From contig OZ024742.1 in assembly GCA_964016885.1 (NCBI GenBank), forward strand, positions 202,988,001 through 203,052,000: a stretch of DNA of 64,000 bases, written 5' to 3'. Source of the stretch: Eledone cirrhosa (lineage: Eukaryota). The notes beneath the pieces were generated by a model that did not search any database, was not told the DNA's origin, and saw nothing but the letters and a program-made list of their open reading frames with translations. Of the stretch, positions 12,961-25,995 are shown in pieces; the first letter of the stretch is position 1, and every line of letters starts with the position of its first letter. The position numbers and the translations under genes were made by a program.

Positions 12961-13550
12961 GGTGGCAGTATCAGATGAAATGAAAATATGATGAGCATGT
13001 ATTACTGCACCTTACATGCCAGCTGCCTGGCAGTGACTGGTGCATCCAGAGAGCTCACCAAAATCCATGCATGTGCATGAATGCAGGAATGCAGGCAGAT
13101 CCACTCAGCACTATCTTTTCTCCCTAATCTTATTATTTACCTTGGAAAAAATAAAGTTAGATACCTATTTGACAGATCTTGTGTGTGTGTATATATATAT
13201 AATATTAAAAGCAAAAACAAACAGCAAGAAGCCTATCTCTGGGTGTAATTAATATGTGATTGCTGATTGCAGACTAGGGTAGGGTGGGATTTAGAGAGTA
13301 GGAGTTAAGAGGCTCAGCCTAAAGTCTTGGGTGTGCTTGATAAACTATCTCCTCAGCTGTTATTTAATACAACATTTCATAACTATGAAATATAAACAGA
13401 GTAAGGAAGGAGAATGAGAGGGCATATGGGAGGGGAGAGAATTGTTGCTAAAAAAGAGAGTGAATTAGCTATGTGTGTGTGTATGTATATATATATATAT
13501 ATATATATATACATTTATACACTTAAATATATGTATGTATAAATATATAT

Positions 13551-13589
<39 letters not shown>

Positions 13590-13664
13590 AATATAAACCT
13601 AACTAGGAAGATATATGGTAGTTTGCCATGTGATTTCTATAATATATACATATATATATATATA

Positions 13665-14640
13665 AATTGCGCAGAGGGTTCTATAGAAATAGTGGACAGC
13701 TTCCGTTACCTGGGCGATAAAATCAGCAGTGGGGGAGGGTGCTCTGAAAGTACTGTAGCTAGAGTCAGAACTGGTTGGAAAAAGTTCAGAGAGCTTATAC
13801 CACTATTAGCTGCTAAAGGGTTCTCCCTAAAAATGAAAGGCAGGTTGTACGATGCCTGCATACGAACAGCAATGTTGCATGGTAGTGAGACCTGGGCATT
13901 GTGTGCAGAGGATATACGCAGACTAGAGAGGAACGAAGCTTGCATGCTCCGCTGGATGTGTAACAGTAATATACGTGAACGGCAAAGCATAAACGAACTA
14001 AGGAAAAAATTAGAGATAAGAGGGATCAGATGTTGTTTACTCGAGAGAAGGCTGCGTTGGTATGGACACGTGATGCGCATGAAAGTCGATAGCTGTATTA
14101 CAAAGTGCAGGGCAATAAAGATAGACGGTAGCCACGGAATAGGCAGACCTAGAAAAACATGGGATGAGCTGATAAACTCCGACCTCACACACTTACACCT
14201 CTCCAAGACAATGTCACTGGACCGTGACCTTTGGCGGTACTCAGTAACAGAGAAGACCCGCCTTGCCAGTAGGCATATCTAACAAAATACACCCCTCCCG
14301 CCGCCACCCCCACCCCATCCACACCACCCCGTTCTATGTAAAGTTATGTTGGTGCCGCGCCATCCAGGCCGAAACAAATGAGATCGTGTAGGTGTCACGA
14401 CAAAAAAACACACAGTCCACGCTGTAATGTGGCCGTGTAGGCAACACGGTAAAAACCTCCCAGACCCACACTGTAAATGTGGTTGGTGTTAGGAAGGGCA
14501 TCCAACTGTAGAAAACCTGCCAGACAGTCCTATGCGAGCAAGACAATCACTCTTGCCTCAAGTGGGACTACCCCCGTCCAAACCCATGCAAGCGTGGAAC
14601 ACGGACGTTAAACGTTGATGATGATGATGATGATGATGAT
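13665..14640 (+). mobile_element. 5'-truncated RTE-clade LINE (ORF2 C-terminus plus 3' UTR)
   Basis: ORF 13623-14282: VDSFRYLG..KGRLYDACIRTAMLHGSETW..RRLRWYGHVMRM..GRPRKTW; (GAT)n tail; begins at a (TA)n tract. Confidence 0.9.
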
Positions 14641-14689
14641 ATATACACACACACACATCATTTTATGTCTGCTTTTCCATGCATGCATG

Positions 14690-15090
14690 GCTTGTCCTTT
14701 CCTATATAGCCTACCTCCTCTCACTGAATTCCTTTATCATATCCATGACATTTTGTATTTTTATATCAGTTCTAGCCCCTACTGTCCAGCTTTTTCTTGG
14801 TCTTCCTCTACTGCAATATCCTTCAAATAGAATCATGTAGCACTTCTTTGCTCACTATTCCTTATCCATATGACCCAATTTTTCTCGTAGTTCATCCACA
14901 GCCGACTGTTCATCCACACTAACATTGCACATCCAACTCCCCCAGCTTCTGTATATTCTTGACATTTATCACCCATGCTTTACTGCCATGCAACGTTACA
15001 TTGTTTCATGAAGGCATCATACAGTCGACCATTTACTCACTAAGAAAATTACTTTGTTGTCAACAGAGGTGGTAGTTCCCTAATCTTGGA
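14690..15090 (-). pseudogene. Old degraded RTE fragment
   Basis: Minus strand yields RELPPLLTTK..NGRLYDA..TLHGSKAW-like pieces with frameshifts. Confidence 0.5.
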
Positions 15091-15526
15091 AAAGTTCCAT
15101 TTCACTGATGCTCTTACTTTCCACTTGTCCTGTGCATATGTTAGATTAACTATTCTTGCCTAGCTAACATCACATATCACCTTCTGCCATAATCCTGAAC
15201 ATGTGCTACTCGTCCCCAAATACAAGAACTAGCTTGAAATTGTCAAAATCAATATAATTCTCTGCTCAGGGAGTCGTTGCCCCTACAAAGGAGTGGTATA
15301 TAAAGTATCAGTTCCACCACCTGATTGTTGGCAGAGGAACTACACAGTCCCCCACTAACGATTTCAAGGAATGCTACCAATCAATATTTGTACTAATTTC
15401 AGCCTAGAAAATGATAAAACACTCCTTCACTTTCTTGGGTTCTGTGGTAACTAAGAGACCAAAGAAACAATCTATTATAATTTAGATTATTTTTGACGGA
15501 ACTATCCACTATACCAATGTATTATG

Positions 15527-15794
15527 TGTGGGTATGGTGTGGTGTGCGGTGGCCGGAAGCTGGGGAGTGCTCGACCGGAAGAATGCTTGACCGGAAGGGT
15601 GCTTGGCCGGAAGGGTGCTCGACCGGAAGGGCCAGCAGTTCGGTCTCTCTCTAGTGGTGACCAGGAACGGTGTGGACGCGAGTTTGGCAGCTCCCGGGTG
15701 TTAATGTGTTGGACGCACGTGGAAGAGGAGAAACTAGCCATGGGATTTAGCGGCGCCTATGACAAGCGGTAAGTGAGATAGCTTTTTCTAACCA
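15527..15794 (+). repeat. 5' LTR
   Basis: Matches 19497-19779; contains 16-bp GACCGGAAGGGTGCTY tandem units. Confidence 0.9.
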
Positions 15795-15929
15795 GCTATT
15801 TCGGCACTGGAAACTGAGATCTGATCGAAAAAAAAAAAAAAAAAAAAACTTTCTCGAAAACAAAGCTACTGGAAAAACAGAGAGGAGTCTGTTGTTTTTT
15901 TTTTATTACGTACCGCAAGACAAATTAGG

Positions 15930-16684
15930 ATGGCGATGAGACTACGAACGAGCGAAGCGATTAGGGCATTTACCGGTGAAGGCGTTGTCGCTTGGCTGCG
16001 AAAAGTCCAGCTGGTCGCAAGCTTACAGAAGATAGATGTGGCTGGCCTCATGGCACTGTACCTCGAGGGCATGCACTGGTACTCTTCCTTGAGTTGGATG
16101 AACACAGCCAAAGGGATGCGCAAAAGATTGAGAGGCGCATGATGGAAGCGTTCGCAGAGGGACCGTTAGCCGCTTTTATTAAGCTGGCAAGAATTAGATG
16201 GAACGGTGAACGCGTTGACATTTTCGCAGCGGAAATACGGCGATTGGCCATGTTGGCTGGATATCAGGTGGAATGTGAACGCACAGTGCGGTTGGCGTTC
16301 AAAAATAGATTTCCAGATGACATAGCGGTGAAACTACAGCAAGTCCCGGGTTACAAAGAAATGGAGATGCGTTCACTGGTGGAGCAAGCCCGCATCATAG
16401 CAGAAGATGCCAAGAAGAGTGTCGCGGTGATGGCAACTACAGAGGCTCAAGACAGCTGGCAGCAAAATGGTGAAAGGGAGGCAACCACGGCACGCGGTTG
16501 CCCGCGAACGTTTAGAGGTCGCTGTTTTAGGTGCCAGAGCCCACACATGGCGAGAGACTGTAGAGAGTCAAGGCCGGAAATAATATGCTACCGGTGTAAG
16601 CGACCAGGCCACATCGCTACTAACTGTGACCAGGGAAACGATCCAAGGGGAACTACTGCGCCGGTAGTTGCCCCTTACGAGTAG
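15930..16684 (+). pseudogene. Gypsy gag (one frameshift near 16070)
   Basis: ORFs 15930-16142 and 15992-16684 join; two CCHC knuckles CFRCQSPHMARDC and CYRCKRPGHIATNC. Confidence 0.85.
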
Positions 16685-19483
16685 ATGCGCTGCCCGTGGT
16701 GGAAGTCTCAAGAGGGGAAAGCCACAGCGAGCCCTCGTGGACACGGGCTGTACGACGACACTGGTGACCGCGAGGGTGGCGCAGAGGTGGAGAGGGAAGA
16801 GCAGTGTAAGGGCAGTCAACGGCAGGAAAATTGAATGCCAAGGTCGCAGCGAGGTGGAGATGGCGGTACGGGGAAGGAAAATAAGGCTTTCGGCCATCGT
16901 AGTTGACAATGTGGTGGATGGGATTGGCGTGGTTATGAGCATAGACGCAATTGGCCGTCTAGGAGGCGTCACAGTGAACAACGTCGGTGTGTTGTTTGGC
17001 GGAGCTGCATCGGTATGCGCTGTGAGTACGCAACAGGAGAACCAGAAGGCCCACGAGGAGAAATACCCCGCTTACACTGTGCAGGACAAAGACTTCAAGG
17101 CCGTGTTCGATGGGCAGCGATGGGTTGTTGAGTGGTACTGGAAGGGAGAACCACCAACACTGAAGACCAAAGTGGGCTGCTATCAACACACATTGAAGGG
17201 AGACTTTAGGAGCGAGTTTGAGCGAGGCGTAGAGAGATGGATTGAGGAGGGCATACTGCTTCCCTGGAAAGAGGAGGTGAAGTGCGGAGTATTGCCGTTA
17301 ATGGCGGTGGCACGACCCACGAAGAACAAGGTGAGGCCGGTACTGGACTTTCAGGAGCTGAACGAGCACGTGTCATGCCACATGGGTGGCGAGGTCACGG
17401 ATGTCTGTGTGGAAACCCTGCGTGAATGGAGACGCATGACGGGGGGTTCAGCAATCGTAGATCTAAAGTCGGCATACTTGCAATTGCATATAGATGAGAA
17501 GCTCTGGCAGTATCAGCTGGTCAGGTAGAAGGGCCAGACATATTGCCTGACCAGGCTCGGTTTCGGGCTGAGCTCCGCACCGAAGATCATGGCGGCGGTC
17601 CTCAAGACCATTCGGGGAGAGGCCGACTAGATGAAGAGGGCCACTAACTCCTACATTGACGACATCCTAGTGGACGAGTCTATAGTGCCGGTGGCGGAGG
17701 TCACGAGCCATTTACAGGGGTATGGACTGGCTGCGAAGCCGTCAGAAGCGTTGGAGGGAGGAGCCGCGCTGGGACTTAGGCTACGGCGAGACAGGACGGG
17801 CATCTTGGTATTCCAGAGGGGAAATGAAGTTCCAGAACTGGGCCCAAGAAAGAGTAGGCGGGAGCTTTTCTCGGTGTGTGGCAAGTTGGTGGGTCACTAC
17901 CCGATTGCTGGGTGGCTCCGGACGGCATGCAACTATGTCAAGAGACGAGTGGGAGGGGTGACTTGGAGTGCCAGAGTGGGCGAGAGGACGGTGGCCATGG
18001 TGCAGGAGATCGTGGAAAGGGTGAAGGCCGACGACCTAGTGCGGGGACGCTGGTATGTTCCCAAATCGCAGAGCGGGACCGTATGGTGTGATGCCAGCAA
18101 CATAGCGATGGGTGTCACGTTGGAGATAGGAGGTGTTGAGGTCGAGGATGCAGCCTGGCTTAGGAAGAAGGACTGCAACCACATCAATGTGGCCGAACTG
18201 GACGCGGTGTTGAGAGGGTGAACCTCGCCCTGAGGTGGGGACTGCACACCATCGAGATACGCACCGACTCGGCTACTGTACTCGGATGGGTGAGATCAGT
18301 GCTCACCAGTGAGAAGAGAGTGCGAACGAGAGGGGCGGTGGAGATGCTGATAAAGCGCCGCCTGGGAACTTTAGGAGAGTTGGCCACCGAGTTCGACCTG
18401 AGGCTGAGCGTAGTTTTCGTGCCCTCAGAGAAAAATAGGGCAGACGTCTTAACCAGGGTGAAGAAAGCCTGGATGGAAGCGCCGGAGGAGGTAGAAGAGG
18501 AGATAGCTGCCGTGTGTCGGCTGACCGAGTCGGATCTGAAAGGCTTGAATGACATGCACCACATGGGAGTGGATAGGACCCTGTTCCTAGCCAGGAGAAT
18601 CGACTCAGACGTTAACAGACACAGTGTTTGAAGGGTGGTTAGAGGCTGCGTCCGATGTCAGCCCATTGATCCCGCCCCGGGTGTGCACGAAACGGGAAGC
18701 CTCCCGGTGGATTGCGACTGGAAGCGATTGGCAGTGGATGTAACGCACTACCGACAGGGAACGCACCTCTCGTTGGTCGACTGTGGACCAGGACGGATGG
18801 CTATATGGAGGGAGTTGAACACTGGAACGGCCGAGGAAATCATGCGGACGTTGAGAGAGGTGTTCTTGGAGCGGGGCCCTGTGGACGAACTGCTGATGGA
18901 CAACAGCGCAGCGTTCCGCTCGGAGGCGCTGAGGGAGATGCTCGATGGATGGAAGGTGGACCATTTCTTCAGAGCAGCGCACAGGCCGAACGGAAACGGA
19001 ATTGTGGAGCGACACCACCGGACGATCAAGGCAATGGCGGAGCGGGGCCATATCTCACCAATGGAGGCAGTGTTCTGGTACATGTCCCCTCGGGTGGGAC
19101 AGGTTGAGGAATCGGTGCCACACAGAGCAGTATTCAGATACGAGTGGCGGCGCCCGTGCACGCCACTACAACGGCCAGTGGGGAGACAGAATGCATTCGT
19201 GCAGGTGGGCGAAGAAGTCTGGGTTAAGCCCCCAGATGCACGTTGCACATCTCAATGGGGAAGGGGAACGGTGACGGCCGTAAATTCCCAGAACAATGTG
19301 TCCGTGGACGGAGTACCACGTCATGTCCTGGATGTCTGTAGAATCACTGTGTCAACGGACCCCGAGGAAGAGGAAACCCAAAGTGTCGCCCCAACACTGC
19401 GAAGATCGCAAAGAAGTCGCAAATCACCAACCTGGACAGCAGACTTTCATATGCAGAAGGACGAGGGGGAAATTGATCCTTAA
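16633..19483 (+). pseudogene. Gypsy pol (protease, RT, RNase H, integrase), disrupted
   Basis: LVDTGC protease; RPVLDF, DLKSAYLQL, TRLGFGLSSAP and YIDDILV RT motifs; DASN/AELDA/TDS RNase H; HMG..CVRC, VDVTH, DNSAAF, ERHHRTIK integrase. Stops at 17526, 17628 and 18629; frameshifts near 16705 and 18218. Confidence 0.9.
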
Positions 19484-19496
19484 GATCAGGAGGGCG

Positions 19497-19781
19497 TGTG
19501 GGTATGGTGTGGTGTGCGGTGGCCGGAAGCTGGAGAGTGCTCGACCGAAATAGTGCTTGAGCGAAAGGGTGCTTGGCCGGAAGGGTGCTCGACCGGAAGG
19601 GTGCTCGACCGGAAGGGCCAGCAGATCGGTCTCTCTCTAGTGGTGACCAGGAACGGTGTGGGCGCGAGTTTGGCAGCTCCCGGGTGTTAATGAGTTGGAC
19701 GCACGTGGAAGAGGAGAAACTAGCCATGGGATTTGGCGGCGCCTATGAAAAGCGGTAGTGAGATAGCTTTTTCTAACCACA
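19497..19781 (+). repeat. 3' LTR
   Basis: Matches the 5' LTR with one extra 16-bp unit; ends CA followed by the TSD. Confidence 0.9.
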
Positions 19782-21799
19782 TTATGTAAATGTAAACTTT
19801 GCTTTTTTAGATACAAAACCGCCTGTGGTATCCTGCAATAAAAAGTCAGATGTGTTGCTAACTGCTGTCACAAACAGTCGGGTGAACATCCTAGTAGAAG
19901 CTATAAAATTCGCAAGAGTAAAACATGCGACCCACACAGAGTAGCTTCCCTTGTTGATAAAACTAAATCTCACGAGAAACATCAAAATACATACATATGT
20001 ATAACACGCACATACATATATAAATTATATATACAGATAGAGAGATGTATGCACATATATATAAATATAAAAATGTACATAAAAAGCTACGAAATTACAA
20101 ATATAAACATATATATGCTCATACATCCTTGTAAACACTACACAACTACATATAAACACTGTTTATAAAATAACTATCCATACATATACATACAATATAA
20201 ATATTATACATATGTACACATACAACACACACATATATATATATATATACATACATACATACATACACATTATATAAAATGTGTCTAGTTCAAGAGATGA
20301 TAAGACACACAGAGATGCAAAAATACAAATTCTTATTAGTATCACGCTTTGGAACATCTCTCCACATTGGTAGGATACCTTTAGATACATAATTTAAAAT
20401 TGTTCACATTTTTCGTTGTAGCAGTAGTAGTAGATGTGGCAATGACAGCAAGTGTTAATAAAAAGCTGTTAAGTAAATTATCCCAGTTAACATTTTCAAT
20501 CTCGGTTCGTGGGAATGCGTTCGTCTCTAATTACTATCTTGGTTCATTTCACCTCATTAAGTTAAATTTGATTATTTATTAACTAATAACAGCAATTATA
20601 GTTATCTTAGTCGCAGAAATAGCGGTGTGGTTAAGGCTTTCTCTTCGCAACCACGTGTTTCTGGATTCAGCTCACAAATGTGTGATATAATGGGCAAGTG
20701 TCTTGTACTCGAGTTTACCAGTGCCTTGTGTCTAAAATTTGGTTGACGGAAACCGTAGAAGCCCGTTATAACTGAGTTTACGTTCTGACAAAAAAGAAAT
20801 TGATATAATAAATCACAGGAGTCGATATGATCGATTTCACCCTTAAATTGTTGGCCTTGTTCCTGAATTAAAGATATCACAATTGAATTTCATCCTTAAG
20901 GGTGAGTTAAATAAAGTACCAGTTAAGTACCAGGCGTCGATTTAATCAACTTCCCTCTCCATCGAAAAATTGTTGGCTCAGTACCCAAATCTTTATTAAA
21001 TCCATAGCTAGCCACCCAACACAAATACATACCTGTCTCCTAGTTAACACTTACATAATCAGAACCAACCAAGTTATGAAGACGAAGTGGAGGGGAGGAG
21101 TGAACATCTAATCAACTGTTTGTTTTCACCTACTCTCCATCAACCCTCTCAATAAATAACTAGACCTTTTACCTACCCTAGCAACCATCATCACTATTTT
21201 TACTATCCTTTCGGGGTCGATTGAATAAAGTACCAAACAAGTACTGAGTCGATTTAATCGACTTTCTCCTCACCTCAAATTCATGGCTTTTTGCCTAAAG
21301 TAGAAACCGTCTTACTGGAAAAGTTAGAGCGTCGGGTAAAATTCCTTTTTATTTACACTGTTGGTGGTGGCGGGGGAAGGGCCTTTCTTTACAAACGAGT
21401 TCAGATGCCGTCGAGGTCAACTTTGTTTTTCATCTTCACGGGGTCGATAAAATAGAAAAAGAAGTACTTAACTACTACTGGGGTCGACTTGACCGAAACT
21501 CACTCCCTACAATATATATATTGCTAGGCCTGTGTCTGAATTAGAAATTATTATTATCATTGTACCTACAAATATGTTGTAGTTTTCCAGTCGTGTTGCG
21601 TGTTTACATATACGAGTTGGTGTATATATATATATAGAGAGATAGATAAGAGAGAGCGATGGGGATAAAAGGTGTTACGAATTAAATGATTTGTAAGACA
21701 ATTATTCAACTTAGTACTCCATACTTCAAAGAAAAGTAGAGTTAATATTTATAAATGCTGACGGTATATATTTGACCGTCGGGTTTAGATGTATTAAAT

Positions 21800-21918
21800 A
21801 ATTGTTTCTACTTTTGGCACAAGGCCAGCAATTACTCAGTGCATTACTGGTACTTTATTTTATCGACCCCGTAAGGATGAAAGGCAAAGTAAACCTCGGC
21901 GGGATTTGAACTCAGAAT
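21800..21918 (-). mobile_element. Octopus-type tRNA SINE (partial)
   Basis: Same core as 10773-10955 in reverse; older diverged copies lie at about 20620-21550. Confidence 0.75.
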
Positions 21919-22071
21919 GGCTTAAATAATAAAATATATACACACATACATCTACACTTATATTCATATATACACAAACATACACACACATATATATATA
22001 TTTATTTATATATACACAAACATACATGTATATATATTTATATACACAAACATACATATATACATATATAT

Positions 22072-22111
<40 letters not shown>

Positions 22112-22864
22112 CTACATACACGCATATATATATATATATACAGGGTTACCTCCACCCAATGCGTGTAAAGTGTAAATTTTACTTTTTAGGAAATGTGACT
22201 TCGAAGTTTCAGCCTGGTCGTTTATGTGTGCGGACTTACCTCCACTTAATGTTTACGCGTGTGAATGCATACGTATGCGTATACCTCTTTAACATTATAT
22301 ATATAATTACGTGTGTGTGTGTATGGACTTACCTCCACTCAGTGTCTGTAAACTATCCAGTACGGCGCCCACAAGGATAAGAACTGTAACCCATAAACAG
22401 GACACCAATGGACTCCTCCTCTTCATAGTTCATCTTTCCCCAAGGTTAACACCGATTGCATGGCACTAAGGGAGGGGAGTAGAAGGAAGGGAAGACTCTA
22501 CCTATCACCCTTCTTCTATCTCTTTACTTCTCTCTCTCTCTTTCCCTCACCTTTTCTTTCTTCGTGTATCTCTATCTCCGTGTATGTATGTCTATCACCC
22601 TTGTTCTCTTCCTGCATCTCTTTCTTTCTCTTTCTCTCTCTCCCGTCTTTTCCTTTGTTTATCTATCTCTCCTTTTCTTTTTATTCGTATATCTCTTTCT
22701 ACCACCCTGCTTACTATCTCTTTTTTTTCTTTCACTTTCTGTTATCCCCCTCCTTAATTTCTTTCTTCCTCACTATCCTTTCTACGTTTCTTTCTCTCTA
22801 GCTGTCTATCTATCAATCTTTCGCTTTATCTGTTTTATCTAGTTCTCGTTCGTCCATACCTCCG

Positions 22865-22906
<42 letters not shown>

Positions 22907-23947
22907 ATCTCTTCCTCTCACCGTCTGTCTCACCTTCTCATTCATTTTTATCCTCCTCATAAAAGTGACTCTCTCTCTTTCTCCCCTTCCGTCTGTCACT
23001 ATCTACCTGTCCCGCTTTTCCGGACTGTCCCTTTCTCCAATCTATCTATCTATATATATACCTGTTTGTCTTCCACACTTGTCTCTCATATTTACCCATT
23101 TGTCTATTTGTCAATAAGTGGTGGTTTAACTTAACTAATGGTCCGACACATGCCCTACATACATACACATGCACACACACATATGTATGAATGTTCGTAT
23201 GCATGTATATGTATGCTTATAAACATGTGTGCGTCACTCTCACTCTCTCTCTCTCTCTACATATATATATATTAAAATAACAGATTAAAGTTTAAGCAAA
23301 GAATCGCTGCTTTCACTCTTAACGGGACCTTCAGAAGATCCCGTTAAGGGTGAAAGCAACGATTCTTATATATATATATATATCCACGTCATATTAATAT
23401 GGTGAACATTTGTTTATCTGGAGTAAACGCCTGACGCGGGAATTTTTCGATGTTTTGTTATATAATCACAATTGAGCGCTGGTCCAGGAGACAGACCTTT
23501 CCTCGAAGAGATTCCAATCATAACCATCTCGTTATTTCTATCTATTCTTTTACTGCTATAGTGTCATTTCTCAAAGATTCGACTGCTATTTCTAGCTGGT
23601 CGAGCCAGCACATTAAGGTTCTGTCAGTGTTACTTTCGTCGATTTATTTGAAAACAAAAAAATAGCAAAACATCGTTATTTCCTCAAATGTTGATACCCC
23701 ACGAACAAACACACACACACGTGGAGGCTCGAACCACTAGAAATAGCAGCTTAGCTTCCCTTCACATCTCTCAAGTAACACCCTATCGTCTTAAAAGGGA
23801 AAGAAAATGTGTACATGTGATAATGTAGTAATAGATATATGTAACTACTTAATACTAGCCATATACTTATAGATACACACATTATATGTATGTATGTATA
23901 TATGACCTCCCCCTCTCTCCCTATATATATATATATGTGTGTATATA

Positions 23948-24044
<97 letters not shown>

Positions 24045-24104
24045 AGCTATATATATATATACGATATATTAACAAATGGAAACTATATTTATAAAACCAT
24101 ATTT

Positions 24105-24167
24105 ATTTCATTATACATATTTCAAGGACACCAAGTTAAATTATGGTGTGCTTTCATCAGATAAAAT
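24105..24167 (-). ncRNA. Type I hammerhead ribozyme motif (family B, left arm of an inverted repeat)
   Basis: Reverse complement of 24248-24310. Confidence 0.75.
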
Positions 24168-24247
24168 ATAATATAGATCAGTTTTATAAATAAATATTGA
24201 CATACCCTTAAAGAATGCGACCATTTCTGTTGGAAGCTCCCGGATAT

Positions 24248-24310
24248 ATTTTATCTGATGAAAGCACACCATAATTTAACTTGGTGTCCTTGAAATATGT
24301 ATAATGAAAT
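24248..24310 (+). ncRNA. Type I hammerhead ribozyme motif (family B)
   Basis: ATTTTAT-CTGATGA-AAGCACACCA taatttaact TGGTGTCCTT-GAAA-TATGTA-TA^ATGAAAT. Confidence 0.78.
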
Positions 24311-25051
24311 AAATATGGTTTTATAAATATAGTTTCCATTTGTTAATATATCGTATTTTTACTCCAATAATTTGTTGAGTGCTTTATATCAGTTATAAAA
24401 ATATTTGCTTGTATCACAACAATTTAAATAGAACTTCTACATATATATATATATATATAGGGAGATATATATATATGCACCCACACACACACACACATAA
24501 TATGTATATATATATATATAAACACACATCCTACATGAGGCGAGTTCAGTTGGTACATCGGAGTATCCGAGGCCCTGGAGGAATCCACGGATACCTTAAA
24601 AGACTTCTCTTAGCAGCCTGGAATTTGAAAGAAGACCAACACACGTACTTCCACTTCTGCTAGCCACCTCAAGCAGTTTTGTTCTGCCTTACATAATCTC
24701 TTTCTCTAAGGCCCTGCTTCTACACTTATGTAAACAAACACGTATACTTTGAGACATTCGCGTCTAGACATACACACTCGCATAGTCTCTTATATTCACG
24801 CATATACACAGGGCCGGCGGTACCACACACACACACACACACACACACACGCAGACTAACACTTATGTAAAAACATACAACACACAAATACAAGCACGTA
24901 TGCACACACAACTACATATGCTAGCACACAAATATATATATATATATATATACTAACACACATATACATCTTGCGCACACATACATATATACTAACATAC
25001 ATATACATCTAGTACACGCATACATATATACTAACACATATACATCTAGCC

Positions 25052-25087
<36 letters not shown>

Positions 25088-25796
25088 CTAACACACACAC
25101 ATTTAGTAACATACAAGTACATATCTAAACATAAACACATATTCTTCCAAACATATGCCCATATACATAGCTAGTCATACACACACATATATATCTAGTC
25201 TTTAAACCATGTAAACACACCTCTCTAGATACGTACATTCATACACATATATGGAATGGAACGGAATGTTCTTCCGTCGATTTCGACGATGAGCATTCCA
25301 GTTGTTTCTTTTAACGGAACTACCAGCTCCTGAAAGTATAAGTGGCTGATTATTCCAGAGACACATGTTATCTATCAGAGAAATTCCCTTTGACACAATA
25401 TGTGACAAAGCTGGCGCTATGAAATACAGGTAGACCCCATCTTGTATTATAGTGTAAGTGGATACATATTCCACAGACACGTGTACCGTTAACGTAATCT
25501 TCACGTAAATTCAGCGTGACGAGATGGGTCCTTTGAATGACAGTTATAATCCATTTTGTAGTATAGTGTAAAGCTTGGGTCCACCAGGGGTTATGTTAAG
25601 GGGCCACTCGGACAAAATGCCGCAAATGAGGTCGAACTAAGGACCATAAGATTGTGAAGAGTTCTTTTTAATCATGATCCACCACCCACCCATATACATA
25701 TATATATATATAATTAGTTACAACAGTAACTAATTATACTTTACTTGTCTAATGAAGTAAGTGCTCTTACCCTTGGATATATTCTCCAAACTTATA

Positions 25797-25941
25797 CAGT
25801 CATGTCAAACTGAGGGTACCCCGAGGGCCATATATGTCACATGTGTTGTCTGAGGGTCACACACGACGACTAATTGCGCTGTAAAAACCTTTGTGCAGGC
25901 CACAGGTGTGCTTGTAAAGGGCCGCATGTTTGGCATGCCCG
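25797..25941. mobile_element. hAT-like MITE
   Basis: Ends CAGTCATGTCAAAC ... GTTTGGCATGCCCG; paralogous copy in inverted orientation at about 53305-53477. Confidence 0.5.
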
Positions 25942-25942
25942 T

Positions 25943-25995
<53 letters not shown>

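Larger units (their letters stand above)
15527..19781 (+). mobile_element. Full-length Ty3/Gypsy LTR retrotransposon (about 4.25 kb, mutated)
   Basis: Direct LTRs TG...CA; 5-bp TSD TTATG (15522-15526 and 19782-19786); purine-rich tract AAGATCAGGAGGGCG before the 3' LTR; domain order gag-PR-RT-RH-IN. Confidence 0.95.

Noticed and set aside
15502-19758. Antisense and alternative-frame ORFs within the Gypsy element and LTRs
   Set aside because: By-products of GC-rich coding sequence; no recognisable domains.
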